From Candidatus Thorarchaeota archaeon (GTDB lineage Archaea; Asgardarchaeota; Thorarchaeia; Thorarchaeales; Thorarchaeaceae): 64,000 bases of DNA. The stretch covers positions 2,571,912-2,635,911 of the forward strand of contig CP070761.1 in NCBI GenBank assembly GCA_020348985.1, in the 5' to 3' direction. The notes under the pieces are model-generated. The model was not told where the DNA came from and made no database searches. It was given only the letters and a program-made list of their open reading frames with translations. The stretch's first letter is position 1. The number at the start of each line of letters is the position of its first letter. Positions 29,431 to 38,723 of this stretch are shown piece by piece. The translations under genes and the position numbers were made by a program.

Positions 29431-29979
29431 CTATCCTCTTTGGGGGTAGCTGAGAGTTATCTTGAAGGAGCAATGCGGCCCGCCCACTGACATGCAGGAC
29501 TCTTCCTCCACAATAAGCTTCTCATACTCGATTCGATTGAAGTCCGTTAGGTATTCGAGAACGGCCTCAACAAATCCGCGAAGGAAATAGCAACTTGGCT
29601 CTTGGCTTTCTAGACCTGAAGCGTAAGGATTCTCTCCAATCTCAATGATTGCCTCTTCATCTAGCCAGAGTTTGTATAGCTTGGAAATCCTGACATCACC
29701 AAATGGAACTATGAGATTCTCAAGTGCCATCTTGATGAACTCTACGATGCCCTTGAAGTCGCCAGGGGGTTTCTGTTTCCCTACTTTGAAGTACTCACGC
29801 TGTGCTTCAAGTCCAGCCAGGCGTCCTGCACTATAATACAAATCACGAATACGATCAGGAAACATGACGGCAATCCTATTGCCAAGCATTGTCCACGTCT
29901 TCGAGAAGAAAGCACGCATTGTCTGACGCTGCTTCAGCTTGCCAGTCCACCATGGCGGAATATCCTTTGTGTTCGACAT
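29431..29979 (-). CDS. V4R/TRAPP-fold protein
   Basis: YSAGRLAG, ENPYA, SCYFLRGFVEAVL and EESCMSVGGPHCSF. Confidence 0.85.
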   Translation of the reverse strand: MSNTKDIPPWWTGKLKQRQTMRAFFSKTWTMLGNRIAVMFPDRIRDLYYSAGRLAGLEAQREYFKVGKQKPPGDFKGIVEFIKMALENLIVPFGDVRISKLYKLWLDEEAIIEIGENPYASGLESQEPSCYFLRGFVEAVLEYLTDFNRIEYEKLIVEEESCMSVGGPHCSFKITLSYPQRG

Positions 29980-30055
29980 CTGGCGGCCTCTTTAATGACA
30001 GAGACTGAGCAGCACGTGTTAAGTGCTTTACTGGGATTGACCTGCAAAACGTGGC

Positions 30056-30529
30056 TCAGTTTAGTCTAATATTCCAAACGCAGTTATCCGCACCAGTTGC
30101 TCGACTTGCTTCTTGGAATACTTTCGCTTGTACGTCCTTGAACTCTAGGATAGCTTCGATCATTCCGCTAAAGACCTCACAATATCCAAAGCCCCTCATG
30201 CCTTCGAGATTGACGTCCTGACACCATATGCAATCCTTGTCAGCAATTCGAACTGAACCCCTTGCAGTATCCATATCGACGTCTGTTGGCCTTTTGTTGT
30301 AAAGCGTTCTGAAGACCACATCGATTAGTTTCGCAACGTCCTCACGTGTCGTGACAGTCTCTTTGGTCTTCTCCACGATTTCAGAGTTAAGATAGACCTG
30401 GGACCCTAGCTCCTTTCCGATCTCCCGGAGTCTTTGATTCGCCTCATCGATACTAGAAGTTGAAGACAGCACTTGGTCAACAGTCTGTGCATACAAACCT
30501 AGCAGTAACGGATTCTCAATCTTGACCAT
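30056..30529 (-). CDS. Bet3/TRAPPC3-like V4R protein
   Basis: LYAQTV..IDEANQRLREIGKELG; CIWC; YCEVFSGMIEAIL; probable start 30529. Confidence 0.8.
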   Translation of the reverse strand: MVKIENPLLLGLYAQTVDQVLSSTSSIDEANQRLREIGKELGSQVYLNSEIVEKTKETVTTREDVAKLIDVVFRTLYNKRPTDVDMDTARGSVRIADKDCIWCQDVNLEGMRGFGYCEVFSGMIEAILEFKDVQAKVFQEASRATGADNCVWNIRLN

Positions 30530-30551
30530 TGAATGTAAGCCTCCTAGCTGT

Positions 30552-31544
30552 CTATCTTGTTTTACCAATCATTCGCATGCCGTACTTTCTGTATTTGGCA
30601 AGAATCTGAATCACTTTTGGATGTGCCACGCCAGTCTTCTCAGCGATTTGCTCAGGTGTTAGAGAACCATTGCATAGCTTGACAATCTCTATGTCAGGGC
30701 CTTGGATTTTGGAGAGGTCGCCCTCAAACTTAGGACATTTCACAAATCGGCCCATAGCTGCTTCTTCTGCGGCTACAGCCTCCTCTCCACCTTCTGGCAC
30801 AGTCACAATCTTCCGCGACGCCGCCCATTTCAGAAGGTCGGAGACTCGCTCTGTGGACTGAAACATTGTGTCGGCTATCTCTTCTACGTTCTTGCTTCCA
30901 TCGACAAGCATCAGAACGTCGAACCCGAAGTTCCTGTAGGCGGACTTCATCTCGCTGTATAGATCCGACTCAAGTGAAAGCGCTGACGCATACGCTTCGC
31001 CCCTCTCAGGAACAGTGGTCGTCGTCACTGAGAATGATTCTGGACTTGTCACTTCCGTTTCAGCAGGGGCATCAGCTGTTGCCGATGGTTCGGAAAGTGC
31101 TTCTGCTGGCGCGGGTTCAGGTTCAGGAGGTGGTGCCTCAGTTGCTGCTGCCTTCATAGCGATGCTTTCGAGAACCTGAAGATTGTCTTCAGCTGCATCT
31201 TCGAACTCTTCTGGAGGTGGTGGGAGCTCAACTCCTTCTAGAAGTCGTAGGACGTTTTTCGTCTTCGCGATTGCAAGACCCAGCTGCAATTCCGGAACGT
31301 ATAGAACGGTCAGAATCCAATTTTCATCTACTGGAGACAGGACAACAAGACCTCGGTCCGTATCAATAGTCATGAGGCGCAGGTCGGACTTGTACAGATT
31401 GATGCTGTCCTTGACACGAGGAAATAGCTCATCAGGGAAAGCGAAGCTCACAAACGGCCGTCCAGCCTTGGTCATCAGTGAGTATCCTATCACTTGATCA
31501 TCGAAACGAAGTTTCGAAAGTGCACGTTCCAAGTCCATGGACAT
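30552..31544 (-). CDS. Roadblock/LC7-domain protein with PPPP linker and tandem winged helices
   Basis: VIGYSLMTKAGRPF..LQLGLA roadblock pattern; LVDGSKNVEEIA and LCNGSLTPEQIA wHTH motifs. Confidence 0.75.
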   Translation of the reverse strand: MSMDLERALSKLRFDDQVIGYSLMTKAGRPFVSFAFPDELFPRVKDSINLYKSDLRLMTIDTDRGLVVLSPVDENWILTVLYVPELQLGLAIAKTKNVLRLLEGVELPPPPEEFEDAAEDNLQVLESIAMKAAATEAPPPEPEPAPAEALSEPSATADAPAETEVTSPESFSVTTTTVPERGEAYASALSLESDLYSEMKSAYRNFGFDVLMLVDGSKNVEEIADTMFQSTERVSDLLKWAASRKIVTVPEGGEEAVAAEEAAMGRFVKCPKFEGDLSKIQGPDIEIVKLCNGSLTPEQIAEKTGVAHPKVIQILAKYRKYGMRMIGKTR

Positions 31545-31736
31545 TTCCTAACACCCTGCGCAATATGGAATAGGCCCGACCCCGGCCATTCACAGCTCTT
31601 CCTCAGATGGTGGTCTATAAAGGATTGTGGTGCTGTACTCTTCCGCGACGACTCTTTTTCGATTCTCCGAGAGTCAAAAACGATTAAGAAGAGCTGTATC
31701 ACCCAACAAAGTGCAAGAGCGAGAGGATATTGGAAG

Positions 31737-32312
31737 ATGAGAAACTTTCTGGGCGCACTAGTTGGCGCTCTAATGGGTACGTCACTAATTGTGGCCATTA
31801 CAGGGCTCGCCCCACCCTCATATCCTGCGCCCCTCGACCTTGTATGGTTCGTACTAGCTGGAAGCGAATCACTGCTGCTATCAGTTCTAGATGCCGTTGA
31901 TCCAACAAGCATGCTTGTGGGAACTATGGTCTGGATTGCTATGGGGGTAATCGCAGGGCTAGTCGCAACTTCTCGTTGGAATGTTCTAAGATCAGTCCTG
32001 TGGATGGGCGTCCTGGTGGCAGTTCTTGGACTTGTGTCCCTCTTCGCAATATCTCCAGACTTATGGTTTCAGGACCAAGCAGTAAGAAACACAGTGATTC
32101 TGTATCGCTTTGTGACAACATTGCTACTGTCATTGGTGTCTGTGCTAGGCGCATTGCCAGTAGCTATGGCGATTATTACAATCAGAAAGAAGTCACTAGC
32201 CCTCCCTCCAGGTAAAATCGAGACAATATGTGAATGCGGTGCGATCTTCAAGTCAAAGCCATTGATGTGTTCTGAATGTGGAAGGTTTTTGAGTGACAAC
32301 CAGTCCAAATAG
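31737..32312 (+). CDS. 4-TM membrane protein with C-terminal Zn ribbon
   Basis: Hydrophobic helices; CECG..CSECG; ATG 31737 follows GAGG (track start 31494 is unlikely). Confidence 0.8.
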   Translation: MRNFLGALVGALMGTSLIVAITGLAPPSYPAPLDLVWFVLAGSESLLLSVLDAVDPTSMLVGTMVWIAMGVIAGLVATSRWNVLRSVLWMGVLVAVLGLVSLFAISPDLWFQDQAVRNTVILYRFVTTLLLSLVSVLGALPVAMAIITIRKKSLALPPGKIETICECGAIFKSKPLMCSECGRFLSDNQSK

Positions 32313-32330
32313 ACCGAACACCGAGAGGCA

Positions 32331-32879
32331 TCAGCGATCCCGGCTTATTCCTCCTCCCAATAGGCCACCAACAATGGATGCAACGCCAGGCCAGATGCTT
32401 CCTTGAAGTGCAAGTTGCATGATAATCATGGACTCGGTGCCGAATAGTGCGAAGAGGTCGGCATAGGGCTGAATTAGAAAAATCAGGAGCCAAGTCAGGA
32501 ATGCACCGATGATAACGGCAAACAAGGATGCGAAGAGGCCTTCGAGGAAGCCCCTAGCTAGAAGCCCAGCGACAAGACCTGCTGTGCCCCATGTGACAAA
32601 TGTGAGAACAGTTGTCTGGGTTGCGCCAAAGCTCAGGTGGCTTCCAAGATAATACGGATAAAGCACAGTCCCAACAATAGCCACCCGCAATTCTAAGTCG
32701 TTCACAGACAAAAACTCGGACACGAGTGCAGGTGGAATTACCTGTGAAGGTATGAACAGGCCGAATGTCAAGACTAGGAAAGCCATTACATATGCTACGA
32801 CAAGTCCTACAATCATTCCAAGTCCTTGACCCAATGCATATCCTCCAGTGGTTCTTCTAGCTCTCAAGTCCTCTCTCAA
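32331..32879 (-). CDS. 4-TM glycine-rich membrane protein (probable paralogue of 31737..32312)
   Basis: TWGTAGLVAGLLAR matches VWIAMGVIAGLVAT; GGLLGG. Confidence 0.8.
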   Translation of the reverse strand: MREDLRARRTTGGYALGQGLGMIVGLVVAYVMAFLVLTFGLFIPSQVIPPALVSEFLSVNDLELRVAIVGTVLYPYYLGSHLSFGATQTTVLTFVTWGTAGLVAGLLARGFLEGLFASLFAVIIGAFLTWLLIFLIQPYADLFALFGTESMIIMQLALQGSIWPGVASIVGGLLGGGISRDR

Positions 32880-32933
32880 GTGTTCACTTTTATGCCTATT
32901 CCATGGGAACTAAGCCTAGAACACACTGGAGGT

Positions 32934-33440
32934 CTAGTCTCTGAGTCGAATGGTCCAGGTGCATGTTCCGTCTCCTACAGCTTTGCACGACTCTTGATAG
33001 GCTTCTCCGTTGAATCCTCGCAGATCGAGAACAGCCTGAAACACTCCGCTTACAAGATTGCAATACTGGAGACCTGGCATGTCGGTGATATGGACACCTT
33101 CACATAGCGGACACTCTTCATCGCTAAACTTCACAGCTCGCTTGTCATCACTCAGCCAGATGTTTGTGAATTCTTGACCCGAGTTGACCTTGTAGGCGAG
33201 ATGGAGGGTCGACGAGAATTCGTGAAATGCCTTTGCGTGCGCTCGGATCCTCTCCGCATAATCCATGAGCAGGTGCTCGCCTACCTTGTACCCCATGTCC
33301 AACAGCTTCTCATTAATGGCATCGACACTTTCGCTGCTCGATATCAACAAGTTGAGGAGCTCCCGATACATGCTCTGAAACAGGGGCTTAGCGACCTTCG
33401 GTGTCATGAATCTCCAGGCTACCTTTCCTCTGAAGCCCAT
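32934..33440 (-). CDS. Bet3/TRAPPC3-like V4R protein
   Basis: LFQSMY..INEKLLDMGYKVGEHLLMDY and LQYCNLVSGVFQAVL closely parallel the Bet3 motifs LF..TY..VNKQLDKMG.NIG.RLIEDF and L.YSN.LCGVL.G.L. Confidence 0.85.
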   Translation of the reverse strand: MGFRGKVAWRFMTPKVAKPLFQSMYRELLNLLISSSESVDAINEKLLDMGYKVGEHLLMDYAERIRAHAKAFHEFSSTLHLAYKVNSGQEFTNIWLSDDKRAVKFSDEECPLCEGVHITDMPGLQYCNLVSGVFQAVLDLRGFNGEAYQESCKAVGDGTCTWTIRLRD

Positions 33441-33461
33441 TCCTTTGTTCCTCCATGATAT

Positions 33462-34394
33462 CTAGTTGATTTCTATGATCTTTCGGATAAACCGTACGGT
33501 CTTGCCACGATAGGGTACGATTGACTGTAGTGCTTGGAAGTATGGAATGTCCAACTCGCCAGCTATATCATGAATTGTGCGGTTGCCATCACAAAGAGCA
33601 AGCACTTCACGGTGCTGTTTCTTTGCCTTGCTTAGTTTCCCCTCAAATAGAGGAACCTCAACGACCTCCTTCTGACTAGTCTCTTGTACTTCGGGACATT
33701 CTAGCGTGACAACATGTCTTGAAGTGCACCATTTGACAACCTCAAGGACTCGTTCCACTCGTCGGGCCAGAGATTCAGCGATCCCGAATACAGTCCGCTG
33801 TTCATCCACCATCAGAAGTACATCGACTCCCATGTTGGAAAAACCGCCAACCAGAAGTCTGTTGAGTTCACTATCAATGCTTGTTGCTTCTTGGTACAAA
33901 TCACCCCGAAGGACCACACAACCATGGGAAATGGAAATCTCATCGAGTGGTATGTCTTCCTTCTCTTCGACGACAACAACCTCAGGCAGAGCTTCTTGAA
34001 CAACTGATGCAGAGGCTTGGACTGCTGTTGCAACCTCTGTCATGGCGGGAATTATGCGGCTTGGTGGTGGAGGAAGATCCACACCCTCAAGTAGAGTGAC
34101 CACGTCTTGCGTTCTCTGAAGCGCCAGACCAAGAGGAGAATCGGGGGAGAAGACCACTGCAAGAACCCAATTGACATCCACTCTTGCAAGGATTACGGTC
34201 CCCTCACTGGACATGACATTCATCAGTTTCAATGAGGAGGAATAGATTTCCATGGTTCCTTTGATTATCGGCACAGTCTCGTCAGGAAGTGAGAAAGTCA
34301 GGAAAGGCATGCCATCGTTGGTAATAAGAGCGTATCCATTAACTGATTCATCGTATCTTAGTTTAGTCAGTACACGCTCTAGTGCCAATCCCAA
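33462..34394 (-). CDS. Roadblock/LC7-domain protein with PPPP linker and tandem winged helices (paralogue of 30552..31544)
   Basis: LERVLTKLRYDESVNGYALITNDGMPF..PLGLAL; MVDEQRTV..IA and LCDGNRTIHDIA. Confidence 0.78.
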   Translation of the reverse strand: MGLALERVLTKLRYDESVNGYALITNDGMPFLTFSLPDETVPIIKGTMEIYSSSLKLMNVMSSEGTVILARVDVNWVLAVVFSPDSPLGLALQRTQDVVTLLEGVDLPPPPSRIIPAMTEVATAVQASASVVQEALPEVVVVEEKEDIPLDEISISHGCVVLRGDLYQEATSIDSELNRLLVGGFSNMGVDVLLMVDEQRTVFGIAESLARRVERVLEVVKWCTSRHVVTLECPEVQETSQKEVVEVPLFEGKLSKAKKQHREVLALCDGNRTIHDIAGELDIPYFQALQSIVPYRGKTVRFIRKIIEIN

Positions 34395-34471
34395 GACACC
34401 CTTCCGTTTTGACCGGCAGATTACCCGCCTAGCACTTGCCTTCGACGCTTAAGTAGATTATTCCGAGTAGT

Positions 34472-35575
34472 CTAGCGGACAGACTGACTACATATGAATG
34501 AAATGACATCTTGTGGGGTTGGATGGTCGCCCTCGGATGATGAAATGTATAGAGCAGCGACTGCATTGGCTAGAACTAGACGATCGCTCGGCATCAGATT
34601 CAGCAATGTTCCATAGATTGTCCCTGCATTCCAAGCATCACCGGCTCCGCAGACGATATTGGCATCCACACTAAACGCGGGAATCTTGGTGCACTCTCCA
34701 TCCTCGATTGTTGCGGCGTAGCTTGGAGTGTGGAGATCCACGCGGACGCCGGTCTCCATGGAAATCAACTCTGCTGCAGGAAGCCAAAGACCGGACTCTT
34801 TGAATGTCTGCTTCCACCTGTCGTTTCTGTCGGATAGGGCTTGGGCAAACCATCCAACTTCATTCTCATTCACTCCAAGAATGTCTACCAGACCTTCGCA
34901 CAGAACCTTTCTAGTAAGAGGTTCTATGATGTCAGGATTCCCAGAGGGATCTCCAATGTCCATGAAAGTCAGACTCTTTGCTGAATCACGAGCAAAGCCG
35001 AAGAGATTCTCAGCAAGAGCAACGGCATTCCTGTTGTGGTTAAGACATAACAACGCAACAAGTCCACAGTCACGGATTGCGCTTAGGTCGTTCTCGGAAA
35101 GGTCCTCAAACGAGAATTCTGCGGCAGATCCACTGTCGCTTACCATCAGATTCACTCTTCGTCCTTCATATTCAGTCTCAATTGAGACTGTGGAAGAGAG
35201 GGCCCCGTTGTCCTTTACAAGACCGAGATCCAATTCAGGGCTGACCAATACTTCAAGAATGGACGCACCCTTTTTGTCTGTCTTGACAATCAGTTTTGGG
35301 TTCGCGCCGAGGGCTTGCAGAGCTGACGCAGTGTTAACCGAGTTCCCCCCGCGAGAGATGATTTGAGACGTGCCGATTAGATTGCCGCCACCTTGTTCAG
35401 CAAGTTTCCTCAGGTCCGCCATGAAGTCCTCGAAAGAGCCAGTAATGACAAAATGATCTAGGAAGAAGTCAGGAAGAATGACGGGATATGGCACTGGTGG
35501 TGGGTCACGAAGAATCTTGACGAGCCGGTCGAAATCCAGCTCCATCCTCTCCGTATTATATTGCCCTTTCCGCAC
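34472..35575 (-). CDS. PfkB-family carbohydrate kinase
   Basis: GGNSVN, NENE and CGAGDAWNAG. Confidence 0.9.
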   Translation of the reverse strand: MRKGQYNTERMELDFDRLVKILRDPPPVPYPVILPDFFLDHFVITGSFEDFMADLRKLAEQGGGNLIGTSQIISRGGNSVNTASALQALGANPKLIVKTDKKGASILEVLVSPELDLGLVKDNGALSSTVSIETEYEGRRVNLMVSDSGSAAEFSFEDLSENDLSAIRDCGLVALLCLNHNRNAVALAENLFGFARDSAKSLTFMDIGDPSGNPDIIEPLTRKVLCEGLVDILGVNENEVGWFAQALSDRNDRWKQTFKESGLWLPAAELISMETGVRVDLHTPSYAATIEDGECTKIPAFSVDANIVCGAGDAWNAGTIYGTLLNLMPSDRLVLANAVAALYISSSEGDHPTPQDVISFICSQSVR

Positions 35576-36018
35576 TAGACTTTTTTGAGCGCGGCCTTGA
35601 CCATTTCGGTCAAACGATCTTCATCTATTCCAGACTTTTTGGCGACCTTGGAGATCTCCATGTAGGCCAAATCCTCGAGAGTTTTTATTCCGGCATCGAC
35701 AAGCAATTGCGCCTCAGCCTTATTCACTGCGCGCAGAGACGATAGTTCAGCCACCGCATCCTCAATAGCCTTGAAAGGAACTTCCACGGACACACTTGCT
35801 GCAACTTCCTGGATGGTCTTGCTGAATTCTGTGAGGGCTTCGGCATTTTCAGGATGACTAGTCTTCCGACGAAGATCTACGATAACACCCATTCTTCTTG
35901 CCTCCTTCACCGTCAAGCCAGCCGCTTGAATCTCCGCCCTGCTAAAGCCGCGTCCAATCCTAGGTTGGCCGTCTCTAGGAGACTTCACGGATGGATCCGA
36001 AAACGAATCGTAGCTCAT
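35575..36018 (-). CDS. rpl13e: Ribosomal protein eL13 with C-terminal helix-hairpin-helix extension
   Basis: GRGFSRAEIQAAGL..ARRMGVIVDLRRKT.H.EN; C-terminal AQLLVDAGIKTLEDLA. Confidence 0.9.
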   Translation of the reverse strand: MSYDSFSDPSVKSPRDGQPRIGRGFSRAEIQAAGLTVKEARRMGVIVDLRRKTSHPENAEALTEFSKTIQEVAASVSVEVPFKAIEDAVAELSSLRAVNKAEAQLLVDAGIKTLEDLAYMEISKVAKKSGIDEDRLTEMVKAALKKV

Positions 36019-36112
36019 GTGCTAGTCACCTGACTTTGCAGCCGAGCCGGTGGTGCGCTTATTAGGCTTTCGAGATAGGAGCTGTTTCAGGGCTTCCGGT
36101 GGATTCGTCAAA

Positions 36113-36928
36113 TCAGAAGTCCTCCAAGGAAGATTGGGACACAGACATGTAAGAGAGCATACGGTCGAGTTTGTTATCTTGTCTTTGAGAAACAAGACCC
36201 ATCATCTTTATCATTTGTAGTGCATTCAGAGGCGCGTTTCCATGGAAGTGGTTGTTGAAGTATCCAAGAACTGGGTCTGCCTGCTTCATCACCTCTTCGA
36301 CCCTAGGCACCCATTCCTCAAGCTCCTCCACGGAATATCGGTAGTTGTACCATGGCCTCTTCCCATGACCATGCCACCGGATGTATGTGAAGTCTGCTGT
36401 TATTCTAAGGTCGATTGGTAATTTCGGTTCGTCAACTATGACATTCGCGATTCCGTAATCTTCCAAGAGACCCCAGACTTTTTTATTGAGCCAGCTTTCA
36501 TGTCTGAATTCGATTGCATAGCGAAAAGCCGGATCAAGTTTGGAGAAGAATGTCTCAAGACTGGCCATGTTCGAGATATCCCAGGGGGGAAGCTGAATGA
36601 GTAATGCTTCTATGCGGTCTCTAGCAGGATGCATAAGGGAGAAGAACTCGGTCAGAACGTCTCCTCCTTCGCCACGGAGATCCAGCTTATGGTTGTGTGT
36701 GACTTTCTTCGGAATCTTTGCTGTGAAGAATTTCCCCTCTTCTACTCTTTCTGTCAAGTGTTGAATGAATCTGGGAGTTGGCTGCGCATAGAAGGTTGAG
36801 TTAATCTCTGCAGTTTCGAATATCTGCATGTATTGTTTTAGAAGCGCTCCTGATCTCGAATAGAATGACCCTTTCCAATCATCCGGATAGGACCAGCCAC
36901 TGCAGCCCAAATGGAGCCCCTTTCTCAT
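36113..36928 (-). CDS. DUF72 (YecE-like TIM barrel) protein
   Basis: GCSGWSY, EINSTFY, QLPP, EFRH.SW, YIRWHG and FNNH. Confidence 0.93.
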   Translation of the reverse strand: MRKGLHLGCSGWSYPDDWKGSFYSRSGALLKQYMQIFETAEINSTFYAQPTPRFIQHLTERVEEGKFFTAKIPKKVTHNHKLDLRGEGGDVLTEFFSLMHPARDRIEALLIQLPPWDISNMASLETFFSKLDPAFRYAIEFRHESWLNKKVWGLLEDYGIANVIVDEPKLPIDLRITADFTYIRWHGHGKRPWYNYRYSVEELEEWVPRVEEVMKQADPVLGYFNNHFHGNAPLNALQMIKMMGLVSQRQDNKLDRMLSYMSVSQSSLEDF

Positions 36929-37008
36929 CCCAAGTCAGGTTTGCTTAGAACACGTATCGGTTTGTATGTTACGATATGATGAATGAAGCCATGACATGAA
37001 CACAGAAG

Positions 37009-37359
37009 TTGATAAGCAGGTGTGTGGCCTCGAAACTCGTGGTCGACGTGATCGCAGAAGATGTGAAGGCAGAGTTCAGCAATCTTGAGATTCACATGGG
37101 CCAATTCAGAGAGACGAAGTTCAAGATGAAATGTAATGTAACCTATGAAGACCAGCTTCTTGTTATGGATGGTGGAAAAAGGGTGGCAAGACTGCACGCC
37201 CGCAACATAGGCAATGTCCATCTTGAAAAGAAAGCCCTTCGAATCTCTGCCCTCAACTTCGAGATTGTCGAGGGAGAAAATGTAAGCGTTGTGACCGGAT
37301 CTATTCAGGTGGAGTTTGGAATAGACACCGATGCTTGGTATCAAGAGCTCTGGGGATAA
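37009..37359 (+). CDS. Small beta-rich protein, possibly PH-like fold
   Basis: Serial beta strands ending in a Trp-containing helix (DAWYQEL). Confidence 0.6.
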   Translation: MISRCVASKLVVDVIAEDVKAEFSNLEIHMGQFRETKFKMKCNVTYEDQLLVMDGGKRVARLHARNIGNVHLEKKALRISALNFEIVEGENVSVVTGSIQVEFGIDTDAWYQELWG

Positions 37360-37421
37360 AGGCAGGGTTCATATACACCATAGGTTGCAGACGAGCCCCC
37401 GCCCTGTGGAGGTTCAGAGGA

Positions 37422-38723
37422 ATGGCGGAGAGTTTCAGGTACATAGAGCTTCAACTTGTCGATATTCTTGGGAGAGTCAAAGCCATGACAATCCCGAGTT
37501 CACCACTCAATTCTTTGGAGGAACTCGGGACTGACACCAGTTTCTTGAACGGCACAAGCATTGATGGTAGCTCAATACTAGGCTTGGCTTCCGTCGAAGC
37601 GTCAGACTTGAGATTGGTCCCCGATCCTGAATCTCTCGTTGATCTTCCCTATACAAAACAACGAACGGCCGCCGCGCTTTGCTTCGTACGGGACAAGATT
37701 GAGAGCGAAGGGCAGCACTATCCAAAGGACTGCAGAGGTGCCTTGCACAGGGTTTGCGAGGAGCACCTCCCCGGAAGTCTCAGTCTCAAGGTTAAGGTTG
37801 AACCCGAATTCAGCTTCATAACCTTTGAAGGAGAGCCCTACGATGATGGAGGGTATGCAGATGTATATCCAGCAGTCCCAAGCTCAGACATCTTGATGGA
37901 GATTGCGGATGCAATCCAGAGAATGGGCATGCAGCCAAGAGTCATTCATCATGAGGTAGGCGAAGCCCAACAAGAGATAGAGCTTGATTTTGAAGACGTA
38001 ACAGTAATGGCTGACAACATCATTCGCTTCAAGGCTCTGGCGAGAGCAATAGCACTTGCACATGGCATTGACGTCTCATTCCTGCCAAAACCGTTTGCTG
38101 GTTCTGCCGGGAATGGGTTACACTGCCACCTTCAGCTATGGGATGGGAAGAAGAATCTTTTTGGTAGCGAAGGCACCAGTAACCTGTCAGAGAAAGGGGA
38201 ATGGTTTGTTGCAGGACTCCTAGCGCATTCATCGGCACTGACTGCAATCGCCAATCCAAGCATCAATTCATTCAAGCGCCTGGTACCGCATCATGAAGCA
38301 CCCGTATACAAATGCTGGGGACCCATGAACCGAACAGCTTTGATCAGAGAGCCGTTATTTAGCCAGCCGGAGAAGGCGGCTATTGAGTTTAGATCTCCAG
38401 ACCCGCTTGCCAATCCGTATCTTCTATTCTCAGCTATAATAGCTAGCGGGATGGATGGAATCAATCGCCAGCTTTCACCTCCAAGCCCCATAAGCAGAGA
38501 TGTCTTCCAGCTCAGCGAAGAGAAACTACGCAAACTCCGTGTTGAGATGTTACCATCCTCATTAGATGAGGCAATTGATTACCTAGAGAACGACAAAGTC
38601 ATCAGGGACGCCCTTGGCGACCACATCTTCGAGACATACGTCAAGATCAAACGAAAAGAATCTGAAGATTACATGAGAGGGAGCGTCACAGACTGGGAGT
38701 GGCGTCGATACCAAGACATCTAA
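37422..38723 (+). CDS. glnA: Glutamine synthetase type I
   Basis: DGSSI, HHEV..QQEI, PKPF...GNGLH, EAP, NRTALIR and IEFRSPD..ANPY; probable start 37422. Confidence 0.93.
   Translation: MAESFRYIELQLVDILGRVKAMTIPSSPLNSLEELGTDTSFLNGTSIDGSSILGLASVEASDLRLVPDPESLVDLPYTKQRTAAALCFVRDKIESEGQHYPKDCRGALHRVCEEHLPGSLSLKVKVEPEFSFITFEGEPYDDGGYADVYPAVPSSDILMEIADAIQRMGMQPRVIHHEVGEAQQEIELDFEDVTVMADNIIRFKALARAIALAHGIDVSFLPKPFAGSAGNGLHCHLQLWDGKKNLFGSEGTSNLSEKGEWFVAGLLAHSSALTAIANPSINSFKRLVPHHEAPVYKCWGPMNRTALIREPLFSQPEKAAIEFRSPDPLANPYLLFSAIIASGMDGINRQLSPPSPISRDVFQLSEEKLRKLRVEMLPSSLDEAIDYLENDKVIRDALGDHIFETYVKIKRKESEDYMRGSVTDWEWRRYQDI

Noticed and set aside
31494-31736. N-terminal extension of the 4-TM-Zn ORF
   Set aside because: Overlaps the divergent roadblock gene and its promoter region; ATG 31737 has an SD-like sequence
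34728-35366. 212-aa + strand ORF and the many other 60-150-aa overlapping ORFs
   Set aside because: Antisense or alternate-frame shadows of well-supported genes
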